The notes beneath the pieces are model-generated. The model was not told the DNA's origin and did no database searches. It saw nothing but the letters and a program-made list of their open reading frames with translations. From positions 64,001 to 128,000 of the IMG/VR virus record IMGVR_UViG_3300028048_000068: a stretch of 64,000 nt of DNA, one strand, 5' to 3'. Origin of the DNA: a virus (Duplodnaviria > Caudoviricetes). A program made the translations under genes and the position numbers. Below, piece after piece: positions 27,414-37,616 of the stretch. Numbering within the stretch: the stretch's first letter is position 1; each line of letters opens with the position of its first letter.

Positions 27414-29765
27414 TTACATAACAAGCAGTCCAATAATTTTTGCGTTTGAAAGTTTCATTGATTTTGTTCCCTGTGCACCCTTTGAAAGAAGATTTATCTC
27501 ATTTAAATTAATTTTAATTTGTGCATTGGAAGCCACTACAATGGTTTCTCTTTCATTGTTTATAGGAGCAAAAGCTATTAGTTTATCATCATTATCTTTG
27601 AGCGAGTGGATTTTACTTCCTTTTGTTGCTCTTCCGGTTATTGTAAAATCTTTTGCGGTTGTTCGTTTAATATATCCTTTTTCACTTACGCTTAAAAATT
27701 CTTTTGTGTCAGAAGGAATTACCTTTGCTGATACAAGAACATCGCCATCATTAAGAGTTATACCCTTAACTCCCCTTGCTACTCGTCCTATTGGACGAAT
27801 ATCCTTTGTTTCACACAATACGAACTGACCGCGCGCAGTCATCATACCAACTTGTTCATTATCTACAAAAAGAATTGACACTATTTCATCGTTATTATCT
27901 AAGTTTAGAGCCTTAACACCGCCTTTGCGTTTTATGTTATACTCTGAAAGCCTACTTTTCTTTAAAATACCTTTTTTTGTAAAAAAGATTATGTGTTCTT
28001 TTTGTTTCTTTTTGTTGAGGAAAACAAGTTCTTCAATGCGCTCTCCTGCACTTAATTCTACGATGCTTTCAATTGGAATAACTTCTTCAAATTGAAGTTC
28101 AGAAGGCATTAAATGGAAGCAGTTTCCAAGATTCGAGAAAAGAAGAACGGTGTCAATGTTAGTGCCTGAAGCAGTAGCAATTACATATTCTCCCTTACTC
28201 ATTTTGAATTTATTTCCCACACCTCCGCGCCGTTGTGAGTAGAGCGTAGAAGTGGTGGTAACATAGATATTGTTTTGGTTCGACAGATTGATAAGTAGCT
28301 CTTGTGTTTCTGTCGGTTCTTCATCATCTTTTGAGATGTTGAGAATTTGTGTATGGCGCGCATCGCCAAATTTGTTTGCTACATCGCGCCACCCTTTAAT
28401 GAGTTGAGCATTGAACTCACTTTCATTGTTAATTATATTATAGATGAATTCTCGTTCTTTTTCAAGTTTTGACTTTTCAGATTTTAACTTTTCGACTTCA
28501 AGGTGTGCAAGTCGAGAAAGTTTCATATCGAGGATTGCTTTGGTTTGAACTTCATCAAGTGCGTATTCGCTCATCAGACGCTGGCGCGCCACCGATGTAG
28601 ATTCGGATGTTTTGATGAGGCGGACTACATTGTCGATGTCCTCGATTACTTTAAGAAGACCTTCGATTATGTGGAGACGGTCTTCGATTTTTTTGAGGTC
28701 AAATTCATAACCTCTTCTATATACCTCTTTTTCGTGGTCGATGTGCGCTTGAAGCATTTCTTTCCATGTGAATACTTTTGGAAAGCGTCCGTTGTCAAGC
28801 ATTGTAAAGTTTATTGAATAGTGAGATTGAAGTGAAGTATTTTTGAATAGATATTTTAATACCTTGTTTGGATTTGCCTTTTTAGCGAGATAGATTTTAA
28901 TTAATGGGGTTTTGCCAGTGAGGTCATTAAATCTATCAACTCCTGGATTTTCTTCTCCATTGATGATGTCTTCAAGCTCACCACAAATTGTATTTGTATA
29001 GACTCCATATGGTATCTCCGTTACTACAAAACAGTTTTCTTTTTTATCGTAATCTACTACGCTGCGCAACTTACAAGCAAAACCAGTACCTTTCTTCATT
29101 GAGGCTTTTACTTCGTCTTCGTTTAATAACACCGCACCCGTTGCAAAATCTGGTGCGATGTATATATCATTGAAATCGCAGTTTGGATTAAGAAGAAGAT
29201 GTTCGAGTGCCTTATTCATTTCGCAGAGGTTAAACTGCGGAATCGACGAGGCCATACCAATACCAATTCCCGTACTACCGTTGCAAATACCATAAAAGCC
29301 TTTACTTGGTGTAATGGCAGGATAGTGTTTACTTTCATCTATACCTTCGCGCCATTCTTGAATTGTTTCTTTTTCAATACCTTGGAAGATATATTCGCCC
29401 AAAGGGGAAAGTCTGCTTTTGGTATAACGGGCAGCAGCGTAGTTGCCACTTGAAATTAATGTACCTGCGTTGCCTTTAACATTGACTAACGGATACCGCA
29501 TTGCGAATGGCTGGGCCGCCCTCATGATAATGCCGAGACATGAAGCGTCACCATGGATGTAGTAGGATTTCATGGCATCTCCAATAGGGCCGGTTGTAGG
29601 CTGCGGAGGCTTGTTTGATAGATATTTATTTTCATACATACAATATAAGATTTGACGTGCAGATGGTTTGAGGCCATCGCGTACATCGACGAGGGCGCGG
29701 TTCTGTAAAACCGCACCACTATATTGTATCATTGATTCTTCTATGATTGGTTTTAAATTACTCAT
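27414..29765 (-). CDS. gyrA: DNA gyrase subunit A
   Basis: RDGLKP, HGDAS, catalytic AARYT, GyrA-box QRRGGVG and beta-pinwheel repeats. Confidence 0.92.
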   Translation of the reverse strand: MSNLKPIIEESMIQYSGAVLQNRALVDVRDGLKPSARQILYCMYENKYLSNKPPQPTTGPIGDAMKSYYIHGDASCLGIIMRAAQPFAMRYPLVNVKGNAGTLISSGNYAAARYTKSRLSPLGEYIFQGIEKETIQEWREGIDESKHYPAITPSKGFYGICNGSTGIGIGMASSIPQFNLCEMNKALEHLLLNPNCDFNDIYIAPDFATGAVLLNEDEVKASMKKGTGFACKLRSVVDYDKKENCFVVTEIPYGVYTNTICGELEDIINGEENPGVDRFNDLTGKTPLIKIYLAKKANPNKVLKYLFKNTSLQSHYSINFTMLDNGRFPKVFTWKEMLQAHIDHEKEVYRRGYEFDLKKIEDRLHIIEGLLKVIEDIDNVVRLIKTSESTSVARQRLMSEYALDEVQTKAILDMKLSRLAHLEVEKLKSEKSKLEKEREFIYNIINNESEFNAQLIKGWRDVANKFGDARHTQILNISKDDEEPTETQELLINLSNQNNIYVTTTSTLYSQRRGGVGNKFKMSKGEYVIATASGTNIDTVLLFSNLGNCFHLMPSELQFEEVIPIESIVELSAGERIEELVFLNKKKQKEHIIFFTKKGILKKSRLSEYNIKRKGGVKALNLDNNDEIVSILFVDNEQVGMMTARGQFVLCETKDIRPIGRVARGVKGITLNDGDVLVSAKVIPSDTKEFLSVSEKGYIKRTTAKDFTITGRATKGSKIHSLKDNDDKLIAFAPINNERETIVVASNAQIKINLNEINLLSKGAQGTKSMKLSNAKIIGLLVM

Positions 29766-29886
29766 TTAGCTCTACTCCGAATTTTTCTTTTATTATTTCT
29801 ATATAATGATATTTCAATCCCATATGTTCTTCTTCTAATCCATTAAGTAAAAATAGAACAATTTCTAACCATTTTTTATCAGTCAT
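29758..29886 (-). CDS. 42-aa ORF between gyrB and gyrA (not in the ORF track)
   Basis: MTDKKWLEIVLFLLNGLEEEHMGLKYHYIEIIKEKFGVELNE. TAATG overlap with gyrB, and it also overlaps the gyrA start. Confidence 0.6.
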   Translation of the reverse strand: MTDKKWLEIVLFLLNGLEEEHMGLKYHYIEIIKEKFGVELNE

Positions 29887-31757
29887 TATTCTCTCACCTT
29901 ACTAAAATCAACCTTTTCCATTATAAAATTCTTTCTAGGTTCTACTTCCTCGCCCATTAAATCGTAAAGTAAATCAATCGCTTCATCGTCCCATTCCATT
30001 ACGTCTAATCTCTGATATTCCGGCGAAAACATAGAATTTCTTGCTTGTTCTGCTTCGAGCGCACCTAATCCCTTGTTTCTTTGAAGGTGTCCTTTAATTT
30101 TGTTTTTCTTTTTGGCTTTTTCTAATTCTTCATCGGTAAAGTAATAAGTTTCTTTACCTTTGTATTCTTCTATATATAGAGGTGAGCGAAGCCAGCATAG
30201 ACGTCCTTCTCGTATAAACTCTGGCGCAAGATATTGTAATGCCGCCATTATAAGCAGGCCGATATGGTAGCCGTCACTATCTGCATCGGTACATATAGCG
30301 AGTTTACCGTAACGAAGTTTAGAACTATTATACTTACCTGGCACTATATTCATAGCGCTTAGAAGAAGTTTGATTTCTTCGTTGTTGTAAATTTTTTCTT
30401 CTGGATTGGAAAGACAGTTGATAATCTTTCCTCTCAATGCCATAATACCATATCTTGTGTAGTCTCTACCTTGTGCGAGTCCACCAAGAGCGGAATCACC
30501 TTCAGCAAGGAGAAGAATTGAGTTTGGTCCGAGAAACTCTGCATCTTTGAGTTTGTCGGAGGCAAAAACCTTTTTCTTCTGATTCTTTTCAATTTCCTTT
30601 GATGCTTCAAGAACTTGCTTGCGCGCCTTCTCTGCGGCTCGTTCAGCTTTAAGTTCTTTTGTGAGCAATTCTATTATTTGGTCAAATTCATTTGGAAAGC
30701 GTCGACTAAAGTCTTCAAGCATTTGAGTAGTACATCTTTGTGCTAGACCACGAAGTTCTGGATTTGTAATTTTATTCTTGGTCTGACCATCATATATTGG
30801 ATTTTTTAAATTAACTGAACAAATATAAACCAAACCTGCGCGCACTACATCGCCAGACCCCAAATCTTTAACTTTCTTTTTGAAGAAGTTGGTTAATGCC
30901 GTTTTAATACCCGTAATTGGAGTGCCGCCATTTTCATTTTCACCACCATTTGAAAAAAGATAAAACTTTTCTCTACCAGTAGTCCAGTTAAGTATAATTT
31001 CAATATCAATATCATCTTCGGTAGTCTGAATATGAATTGGATGTTTATGAATTCGCTTTGGTACCTTTGTATCTGCAAAATCCATAAGACCGTTTTTACT
31101 TATATAAGACTTTTTCTCTTTAGTTTCTGCATTAGTAACAATAAATTCAACACCCTTATTGAAATATGAATACTCTTCTATTATACTACAAATTTCTTCA
31201 AAATCAAAATGTATTGGTTCAGCATTAAAAACGTCCTGGCTTGGTTTGTATATGATGTACGTACCCTGCGCGCGGTCGTTCAAAGGTTTTTTCTGACATG
31301 TATCCCATTTAGGGATTCCTTTTTCAAACTCCATATACCACTCGGCGCCATCGCGATAACTTGATATTTTAAACCAGTCAGAAGAACAACACGTTGCGGC
31401 ACTGCCTGTTCCATTGAGTCCACGCGACTTGCCGCCGTATGCGTTATCATCAAATTTTGCGCCCGAGTGGTTCTCAGTTAGAAGATTTATCATTACTTCG
31501 TTGGAGAAATCATTTGGGCCATGCGGCATACCACGACCATAATCGCGACAACTTGCCCAATCTGGACCAATTTCTATTTCTATTTTTGTTGCAGTAGGAC
31601 AAACTAGCGCCTCATCAGTGGCATTATTTACTAACTCTAAAAGCCCCGCAATTACTCCTGTATGGTCTGCGGAGCCGAGATAAATACCGATACGTTTTCG
31701 GCAAGCCTCAACGAAGTTTAATTGTTGAATACTTTTTGCTCCATATAATTCACTCAT
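29886..31757 (-). CDS. gyrB: DNA gyrase / type IIA topoisomerase subunit B
   Basis: GHKL motifs (ELVNNATDE, DYGRGMP, HSGAKF, GLNGTG), EGDSA, LRGK and DADSDG. Confidence 0.92.
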   Translation of the reverse strand: MSELYGAKSIQQLNFVEACRKRIGIYLGSADHTGVIAGLLELVNNATDEALVCPTATKIEIEIGPDWASCRDYGRGMPHGPNDFSNEVMINLLTENHSGAKFDDNAYGGKSRGLNGTGSAATCCSSDWFKISSYRDGAEWYMEFEKGIPKWDTCQKKPLNDRAQGTYIIYKPSQDVFNAEPIHFDFEEICSIIEEYSYFNKGVEFIVTNAETKEKKSYISKNGLMDFADTKVPKRIHKHPIHIQTTEDDIDIEIILNWTTGREKFYLFSNGGENENGGTPITGIKTALTNFFKKKVKDLGSGDVVRAGLVYICSVNLKNPIYDGQTKNKITNPELRGLAQRCTTQMLEDFSRRFPNEFDQIIELLTKELKAERAAEKARKQVLEASKEIEKNQKKKVFASDKLKDAEFLGPNSILLLAEGDSALGGLAQGRDYTRYGIMALRGKIINCLSNPEEKIYNNEEIKLLLSAMNIVPGKYNSSKLRYGKLAICTDADSDGYHIGLLIMAALQYLAPEFIREGRLCWLRSPLYIEEYKGKETYYFTDEELEKAKKKNKIKGHLQRNKGLGALEAEQARNSMFSPEYQRLDVMEWDDEAIDLLYDLMGEEVEPRKNFIMEKVDFSKVRE

Positions 31758-32628
31758 AATATGTATAAATTAATTTCTCCTTTTCATCTAATCTAATGTG
31801 CTGATAGGTTTTGCTATGATTTAATCCATATCGAATTGCACTTGCTACTTGTTTTACTACCTTACTTCGTGTTAAATCATTGCTAATAAACCATTTTGCA
31901 CACTCACATAGGTTTTCAAATTGCAAGTTATAATCTAGTAATATAATATATTTTTGTTGTGGATTTAAATTTATAGGCTTACCTATATCTTCTACATATT
32001 GCCAACCATACCCAAGATAGGAAGGTTTTTTCCCTTTACAAATATTTACAATAGTTGCTCCGTATTTCACATCTCCCATAAAACGACCCGCGTCGGCTAT
32101 GGAATTAAAGGTATTTAATACTTTTCCTGTTTGTAAATCTATTTGGTTTACTTTTCTTTTCATTGAATCATGGTCGGTTTGATTTATTTCTTCCCAAGAC
32201 CTACGTTCGTATCCCATACTTTTAATTATATCTGAAATATAAGCCTTATCTGTATTATAATGTTTTGCTGTTTTAGTAAAGCTTCTATTGGCTTCATTTA
32301 ACCAATAATCTAATACTTCTTCATAATTATATTTGGTGCCATTTTTCCCACCATAAGTACAATTATAGCCATTCTCTTTGGTATCATAATAAGCTATCCA
32401 ATACTTTTCTCTATCGTTTAGTTCATCGTTTGGTACTTCTTCAATGACTTCCCATTTAGTATTTTCTAAACCGACTTTATTAAGCATACGATAAAGCGGC
32501 CAATTACAATATGGCTCTTTTAGTCTGTCGCGCTTATGGTCAGCCCATCTTTCCTTATATGGACGTACTGTTTGTCCGATATAAGCTAAATTATTTGTTA
32601 AATTTGTAATTTTGTATATATATCCCAT
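31750..32628 (-). CDS. Free-standing GIY-YIG homing endonuclease
   Basis: GYIYKITN...YIGQT and REKYWIAYYDT..NGYN. Confidence 0.88.
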   Translation of the reverse strand: MGYIYKITNLTNNLAYIGQTVRPYKERWADHKRDRLKEPYCNWPLYRMLNKVGLENTKWEVIEEVPNDELNDREKYWIAYYDTKENGYNCTYGGKNGTKYNYEEVLDYWLNEANRSFTKTAKHYNTDKAYISDIIKSMGYERRSWEEINQTDHDSMKRKVNQIDLQTGKVLNTFNSIADAGRFMGDVKYGATIVNICKGKKPSYLGYGWQYVEDIGKPINLNPQQKYIILLDYNLQFENLCECAKWFISNDLTRSKVVKQVASAIRYGLNHSKTYQHIRLDEKEKLIYTYYE

Positions 32629-32656
32629 AATTTTTCTCCTTATATTTCTTTCTAAA

Positions 32657-32686
32657 TATAAGTAGAATTATCGTACTTCTACTCTA
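32657..32686 (-). promoter_or_regulatory. Putative phage-specific (late) promoter TAGAG-N17-TACTTATA with RBS hairpin
   Basis: Shared motif. A hairpin at 32634-32667 covers AAGGAG. Confidence 0.6.
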
Positions 32687-32708
32687 AAATTTTAGTGTCG
32701 GAGTACGA

Positions 32709-34411
32709 TTAAATATCCTCTTTTTCAATTAGTATATCATCATCTCTTACATCAATGTCAAAGCCCACAACTTTTGCACCATCAATACTTACTAGAGTTT
32801 CAACTCTTGCATCTTTTGATGCAGTGAATGTTATTTTCTGTCCACAATAATTGTCAATTGTAATTGTAATTGGATTTTCTTCCATAGTCAAATTTTCTCC
32901 ATAATCTTTATTTCTTATCCATAAAACATAGCATATACTTATAATACCTATTGCTATTGCTATGTTATTTAGATAATATGATATTAATCCTAGCGTATCC
33001 ATAATTAAAACGGTGTGTCCTCATCAATTAAATCACCTGCTTGTGCAATCTCCGTACGCACATTTATTTTGTTGAGTGCGCCGGGGTCAACATTTGGCGG
33101 TACATACTTATGCGCTGGCCGCCACCTCCATGCGCCCGCTGACCAAACAAGGAAATATGTCTGGTGAAAAGTATCGTTGTAATCAACCGCAAGGACTGTC
33201 TCAATATTACCGTTATCTATTCGTTTTGCTTTAAACATTGACGTTGCCTTTCTTTATAATTTCAAAATCATCTACATCTAGAATAACTGCCAAACCACCC
33301 CAAGAACCGAATAATTGACCAAAATCATCTATGGTACGAATTATTCCTTCTTTACCTGTATATTGTGGTTCATCTTTCATATAGTTAATTCTAATTGTAT
33401 CTCCTACTTCTGGCATTAATCTATCTCCTTAAATTTTACTCTATCTGAAAGTTTTCTCGCACATCTATCACAAAATGGACTTATCCAACCTTTAGCAATT
33501 TTAGTGGCCGGCCGCCCACAACATATACATGTACGGTAAGAAAGTTCTTCATACTTCCAAATTATATCTTGAAGTTCACGATAAATTGACGAAGGCGCGC
33601 CCTCATCGTACCAACGAAGACCACCAAATTTTTCTTTTACTTGTGCAACACGATAATCGTAAAGATACCCTCCTTTAATTAAAACTTTTCTAATTTCCTC
33701 ACACATTTGTTTTCCAAACGCTCGTTTCCATCCATCTGGCATATCATCGAGATAAGTGTATGGATATTCTATTGGCTTATTGGTTTTCCAGTTTCGTATA
33801 ATAAGGAATGGATAGCGTTTGCAAATTTGTTTATACTTCATTTTTGTTTGTTTCTTTTTAATTCGTTTATTCATATATACCCCTTTTCTTTCATAGCCCA
33901 AGAAATATATTCATAATGAGCCTTTAAACCATTATATTCTTGTTTCATTTCATCAAGTAGCTTGTCGAAGTATTCTTCGGTGAGACTCCATGTGATTACT
34001 TCGCCAGTGGACTTTGATATGAGTTCGATATCATACATTGATACACCAACCGAAGTGGTCCAATGAGTTATTTCTCCTACATCATAAAAATCTGTTAAAT
34101 TAATTGTCATTTTATTCCTTTCATTCTTGTATAAATAACACAAAATTATGTTTTAACGTTTCTAAAAAATCAATAAAATCTTTTAATTCTTCATAGGTAG
34201 AATTACTATATAAATAAATCAATTTTTCGTCTGAATTATTTACATCAAAAAACTCTTTAATATCTTCATAACTATAATCTTTATAATTAAATATATAATT
34301 ACTAAAAAGACATCCTGGTGTACCATCAATAGTACATCCTAACTCATCTTCTTTTTTCCAATATGAGAACAAACGTCCTTTTCCAACTTTGCCATATACT
34401 TTATAAACCAT
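32709..34411 (-). CDS. Run of six small hypothetical genes (32709-33002, 33005-33238, 33231-33416, 33416-33901, 33871-34143, 34121-34411)
   Basis: Tightly packed or overlapping ORFs downstream of a sigma-A promoter. 33231-33416 resembles DUF4314 and 33416-33901 has QVKEKFGGLRWY plus CxxC. Confidence 0.6.
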
Positions 34412-34439
34412 TTTTATACTCCTTTCTTATTCTATTATA

Positions 34440-34468
34440 ATTATATCATATTTTAATTAAAAATGCAA
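34440..34468 (-). promoter_or_regulatory. Sigma-A promoter
   Basis: TTGCAT-17-TATAAT with TG extension. Confidence 0.75.
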
Positions 34469-34480
34469 ATTTAGCCAATT

Positions 34481-34505
34481 AAAAAACGGGCTTAATTGCC
34501 CGTTA
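34481..34505 (-). terminator. Intrinsic terminator
   Basis: AACGGGC-AATTAA-GCCCGTTTTTT on the minus strand. Confidence 0.8.
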
Positions 34506-34509
34506 TTTT

Positions 34510-34812
34510 TTATTCACCGCCAACTTTAGGTTCTTCAGTAGGAGTTGTAGGTGTTGTAGGATTTTCTTTTCCACCTTCTTCTCCGCCTTCTGCCTCTTTA
34601 GCTTCTTCTGCCTTAATAAAATCTGCATCAGCCTTACTAATAAGTCCTGCTGCATATGCATAATCCCAAATAGATGCATCTTCATCAAGTGCTAAAAATT
34701 GACTAAAAATAGCCGGATTTTCTATTCTTGTAGCAATGGCTTCAAATTGAGCCGCTGCTGGCATTGCTTTTAACCAATCAATTCTTTCTTGGCTTTGCTT
34801 ACTAATATCCAT
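34510..34812 (-). CDS. Small acidic hypothetical protein with Pro/Thr tail
   Basis: 100 aa, AGGAGG RBS. Confidence 0.7.
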   Translation of the reverse strand: MDISKQSQERIDWLKAMPAAAQFEAIATRIENPAIFSQFLALDEDASIWDYAYAAGLISKADADFIKAEEAKEAEGGEEGGKENPTTPTTPTEEPKVGGE

Positions 34813-34858
34813 TTAGATACCTCCTTATAAATATATCCTATTTATAAGTAAAAAACTT

Positions 34859-35935
34859 CTATTCCCAATTCACTGTTCCGGTGCTCTTCTTTCTTTTCTT
34901 CGGAGGCATTTTTGCCCAGATGAGGAAGTCTCGCGCGCGGGTGGCAGAGACGTAGCACACTTTGGCTTCGTCATCGTTATAGGCGCGGATGTTATAGGAA
35001 AGAACGTATTTACTCTCTAACCCCTTTGCACTATGGACTGTGAGTATTTTAACTGTATTTGCTTTTAATCTGTCTTCAATTTGAGAATTGGTTAATTCTG
35101 ATTGTTTAAAAGTATCAGTTGGTATTCCTTTTTTCTCAAATAGCGACTTAAATAATTCTATATCTGCGTTTGTTCTACAAAGTACAAACCAGTCGCCCCA
35201 TTCTGCGCCCAGGTGATTCGAAGTCATTATAAGGGCTTCTACCGCCTCAGATGGCGTGTAGTTACCTTCTAATACGTGCGGCCGCCCATCCGATGTCCTC
35301 ATTGCAATAGAGCCGTCTTCATAGTTTGGACCGAGTCGATATAAAAATTTCTTTGCGAAACGTAATATGTCTCCATAGTTGCGGAAATTTTGTTGCATAT
35401 AGAAGACAGTTACATCATTGTCAAACTCTTTAGCAATTAAGTAGTCTGGGTCTGCATCACGCCAAGCGAATAGTGTTTGGCGTACGTCATAGAAGTACAT
35501 ATAATTATCTGGGTGTATCATTTCATAAAACTCAAATTGTAGAGTTGATACATCTTGTGATTCGTCTGATATTAAGTAGGCCACATGTTTAATACATTCT
35601 GGGTTCTTTTTAATCTCTTCAAACAAATCATCAAATCGTTCTTCGCTTAAAATTTGTGTTGTGTCAATTGCATTTCCTCTCAGTAAATAGTTACAGTATG
35701 AATGGATAGTCCCGATAAACAACCCATTTGGATAACCCAATCGTTCATACATTACCGAGGCCGCGTTGTTCGTAAAAGTAATAGCAACAATTTCTTCTGG
35801 TGGTACACCTTGGTCAAGTAAATATTTAATCCTGCCAACTAATGTTTGCGTTTTACCCGATGCGGCCGCGCTTGCGACTAATACATGAGGTTTGTCTGTA
35901 GTGATAATTTTTTTCTGTATGTTGGTAAATTCCAT
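34859..35935 (-). CDS. Compact UvrD/Rep-like SF1 helicase
   Basis: AAASGKT, TFTN, DESQD, QNFR, TVHSAKGLE and YVSATRAR. Confidence 0.88.
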   Translation of the reverse strand: MEFTNIQKKIITTDKPHVLVASAAASGKTQTLVGRIKYLLDQGVPPEEIVAITFTNNAASVMYERLGYPNGLFIGTIHSYCNYLLRGNAIDTTQILSEERFDDLFEEIKKNPECIKHVAYLISDESQDVSTLQFEFYEMIHPDNYMYFYDVRQTLFAWRDADPDYLIAKEFDNDVTVFYMQQNFRNYGDILRFAKKFLYRLGPNYEDGSIAMRTSDGRPHVLEGNYTPSEAVEALIMTSNHLGAEWGDWFVLCRTNADIELFKSLFEKKGIPTDTFKQSELTNSQIEDRLKANTVKILTVHSAKGLESKYVLSYNIRAYNDDEAKVCYVSATRARDFLIWAKMPPKKRKKSTGTVNWE

Positions 35936-35950
35936 TTAAACTCCTCGCGG

Positions 35951-37045
35951 TCAACTGTCGTTGCCGCCTTTCAATTTATTTTGCTCACCCCTAATGGTAT
36001 TAAGCCCATAGTTTTTTGAATCGTAGAAATCAATGTAATACGATTCTCTTTCACTTAATTTATCTTTCGGAACCTCTTCTAAAAGTTCAAACAAGAAATT
36101 CTCACACCCATCGGCCGCCATAGCTCGATGCAGTTGAGAAGAAGCCAATGTTCCAACACCGAGTGCTGTTTTGCAGTGTTCGGACCATCTTGTTGAAACG
36201 TTCGTGGCCTTTCCAATATATATCTCACCTGTTTTAATGCGAGTGATTTTATATATACCGCTGCCTTCAATAGCAACTCGTTTACGAAGTTCTGCTAATG
36301 GTTTCTGATAATATGCGCTCCAAATAACCTTGTTAATCGCTTCCGGATGTCTAAGCCTCGGCGCGATACTGCGTAAAATCTCAACGTCATTCTTATCTTC
36401 TTCGTCAAACTGAATACGATAGAAATCCTGCTTCATTTCAACTTCTTTTTGTCTACGAATTTCCTCATTAATGGCCGCGCGCTTACTACGTTCTACTTCT
36501 AATTCAGCCTTAATTCGGTCAATTTCTGTTTGCATTCGAACCTTTTGAATGATATAGCTATCAACTTGATTGTTAAAGTCGCTATTTGCTTGAAGTTCTC
36601 TTTGTTTAAGCGCTTGCTCAATCTCCGTACGTCTACGTTGTTCGTACTCTGCGGCCGTGCTATCAATTTCCTTCATCTTGCCTTCTCGATAAAGGTCTAA
36701 ATCTTGATTGACTTCTATATATCGTTTTTCTTTTTCTTTTAATTGTGCATTTAACTTATCTAATACACCGTTAATTTGCGCTTTACTAATTTCTAAATCT
36801 GAATTCAATTTTATAGACTCAGATTTTGCTTCTTCGCGCTTTAATTGTATACGATTATCTAATTCATTTGATTCTTTTTTCCACTCTTCTTCAAAGTAGT
36901 TTTTTAATTCTTCCTTTTTTAATACCTCTAAATCATGTTTTTCAAATATAGTTTTTTCTAATATTTTTTGTTTACTTTTAAGCCGTAAAATTAATATAAT
37001 AATGATAATACTTAAAAGAAGAGGGATTAATAAATAATAATTCAT
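35951..37045 (-). CDS. Membrane-anchored coiled-coil protein with C-terminal GIY-YIG domain
   Basis: N-terminal TM segment, ~200 aa coiled coil, and SGIYKIT...IYIG...RESYYIDFY. Confidence 0.75.
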   Translation of the reverse strand: MNYYLLIPLLLSIIIIILILRLKSKQKILEKTIFEKHDLEVLKKEELKNYFEEEWKKESNELDNRIQLKREEAKSESIKLNSDLEISKAQINGVLDKLNAQLKEKEKRYIEVNQDLDLYREGKMKEIDSTAAEYEQRRRTEIEQALKQRELQANSDFNNQVDSYIIQKVRMQTEIDRIKAELEVERSKRAAINEEIRRQKEVEMKQDFYRIQFDEEDKNDVEILRSIAPRLRHPEAINKVIWSAYYQKPLAELRKRVAIEGSGIYKITRIKTGEIYIGKATNVSTRWSEHCKTALGVGTLASSQLHRAMAADGCENFLFELLEEVPKDKLSERESYYIDFYDSKNYGLNTIRGEQNKLKGGNDS

Positions 37046-37096
37046 ATTAATTCCTCTATATATAATATATTTTTTTTGTTTTTCTCTTTCTATTAT

Positions 37097-37126
37097 ATTA
37101 TAGCAATTTTAGCGTCGGTGTGTCAA
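37097..37126 (-). promoter_or_regulatory. Sigma-A promoter
   Basis: TTGACA-18-TATAAT with TG extension. Confidence 0.7.
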
Positions 37127-37516
37127 ATTTTTGTGTTGTTGCCAATCGAGGTCATTTTTCCATTTTGAAGTCGCGCGAAAACGAGGGTTGAATAGGTCGG
37201 CCGCAGTATGCAGATTGTCAAGCTCCCAATAGGGGATTATATAGAGCGGAATATTGTGTGCGAGGCAATAACTTATCTTTCGTCTATCTCGCTCTTGTGC
37301 TTGTACGAACTCTGCGCGCGTGCGATAAAATTTGCGAACAGGTTGATAGTGTTGTTCGCCCTGTACCTCTACGCAACATGGAATCGCTCGGCCGCCGTAT
37401 ATGTAAAAATCAAAACGATAATGACCTTTTTTCAAATCACTAAATCGTTTCTCTCTTTCAAATTTATATTTACCTTTCTGTAACAAGGCAATAACTTTTT
37501 CTTCATATCTACTCAT
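37109..37516 (-). CDS. Vsr/DUF559-like endonuclease
   Basis: YRFDFY...EVQGEQHY...D.RK..YC..HNI.L..IPYW. The start is the ATG after GGAGG (37516). Confidence 0.7.
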   Translation of the reverse strand: MSRYEEKVIALLQKGKYKFEREKRFSDLKKGHYRFDFYIYGGRAIPCCVEVQGEQHYQPVRKFYRTRAEFVQAQERDRRKISYCLAHNIPLYIIPYWELDNLHTAADLFNPRFRATSKWKNDLDWQQHKNLTHRR

Positions 37517-37540
37517 ATCCAATCCTCCACTGCTAAAAAG

Positions 37541-37570
37541 TAGAGTTTTCCCCAATCAACTCCACTTATA
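37541..37570 (+). promoter_or_regulatory. Putative late promoter TAGAG-N17-CACTTATA heading the tail operon
   Basis: Shared motif, with no sigma-A consensus at this site. Confidence 0.6.
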
Positions 37571-37616
37571 AACGAAAGGATATGTCCTAGTAAGGATAAT
37601 AAAACGGAGGTAGTAA

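Noticed and set aside
13716-31757. Inteins in DnaE, the helicase or gyrase
   Set aside because: Protein lengths are near normal, and no C/S...HN-C/S/T splice motifs or LAGLIDADG blocks were seen.
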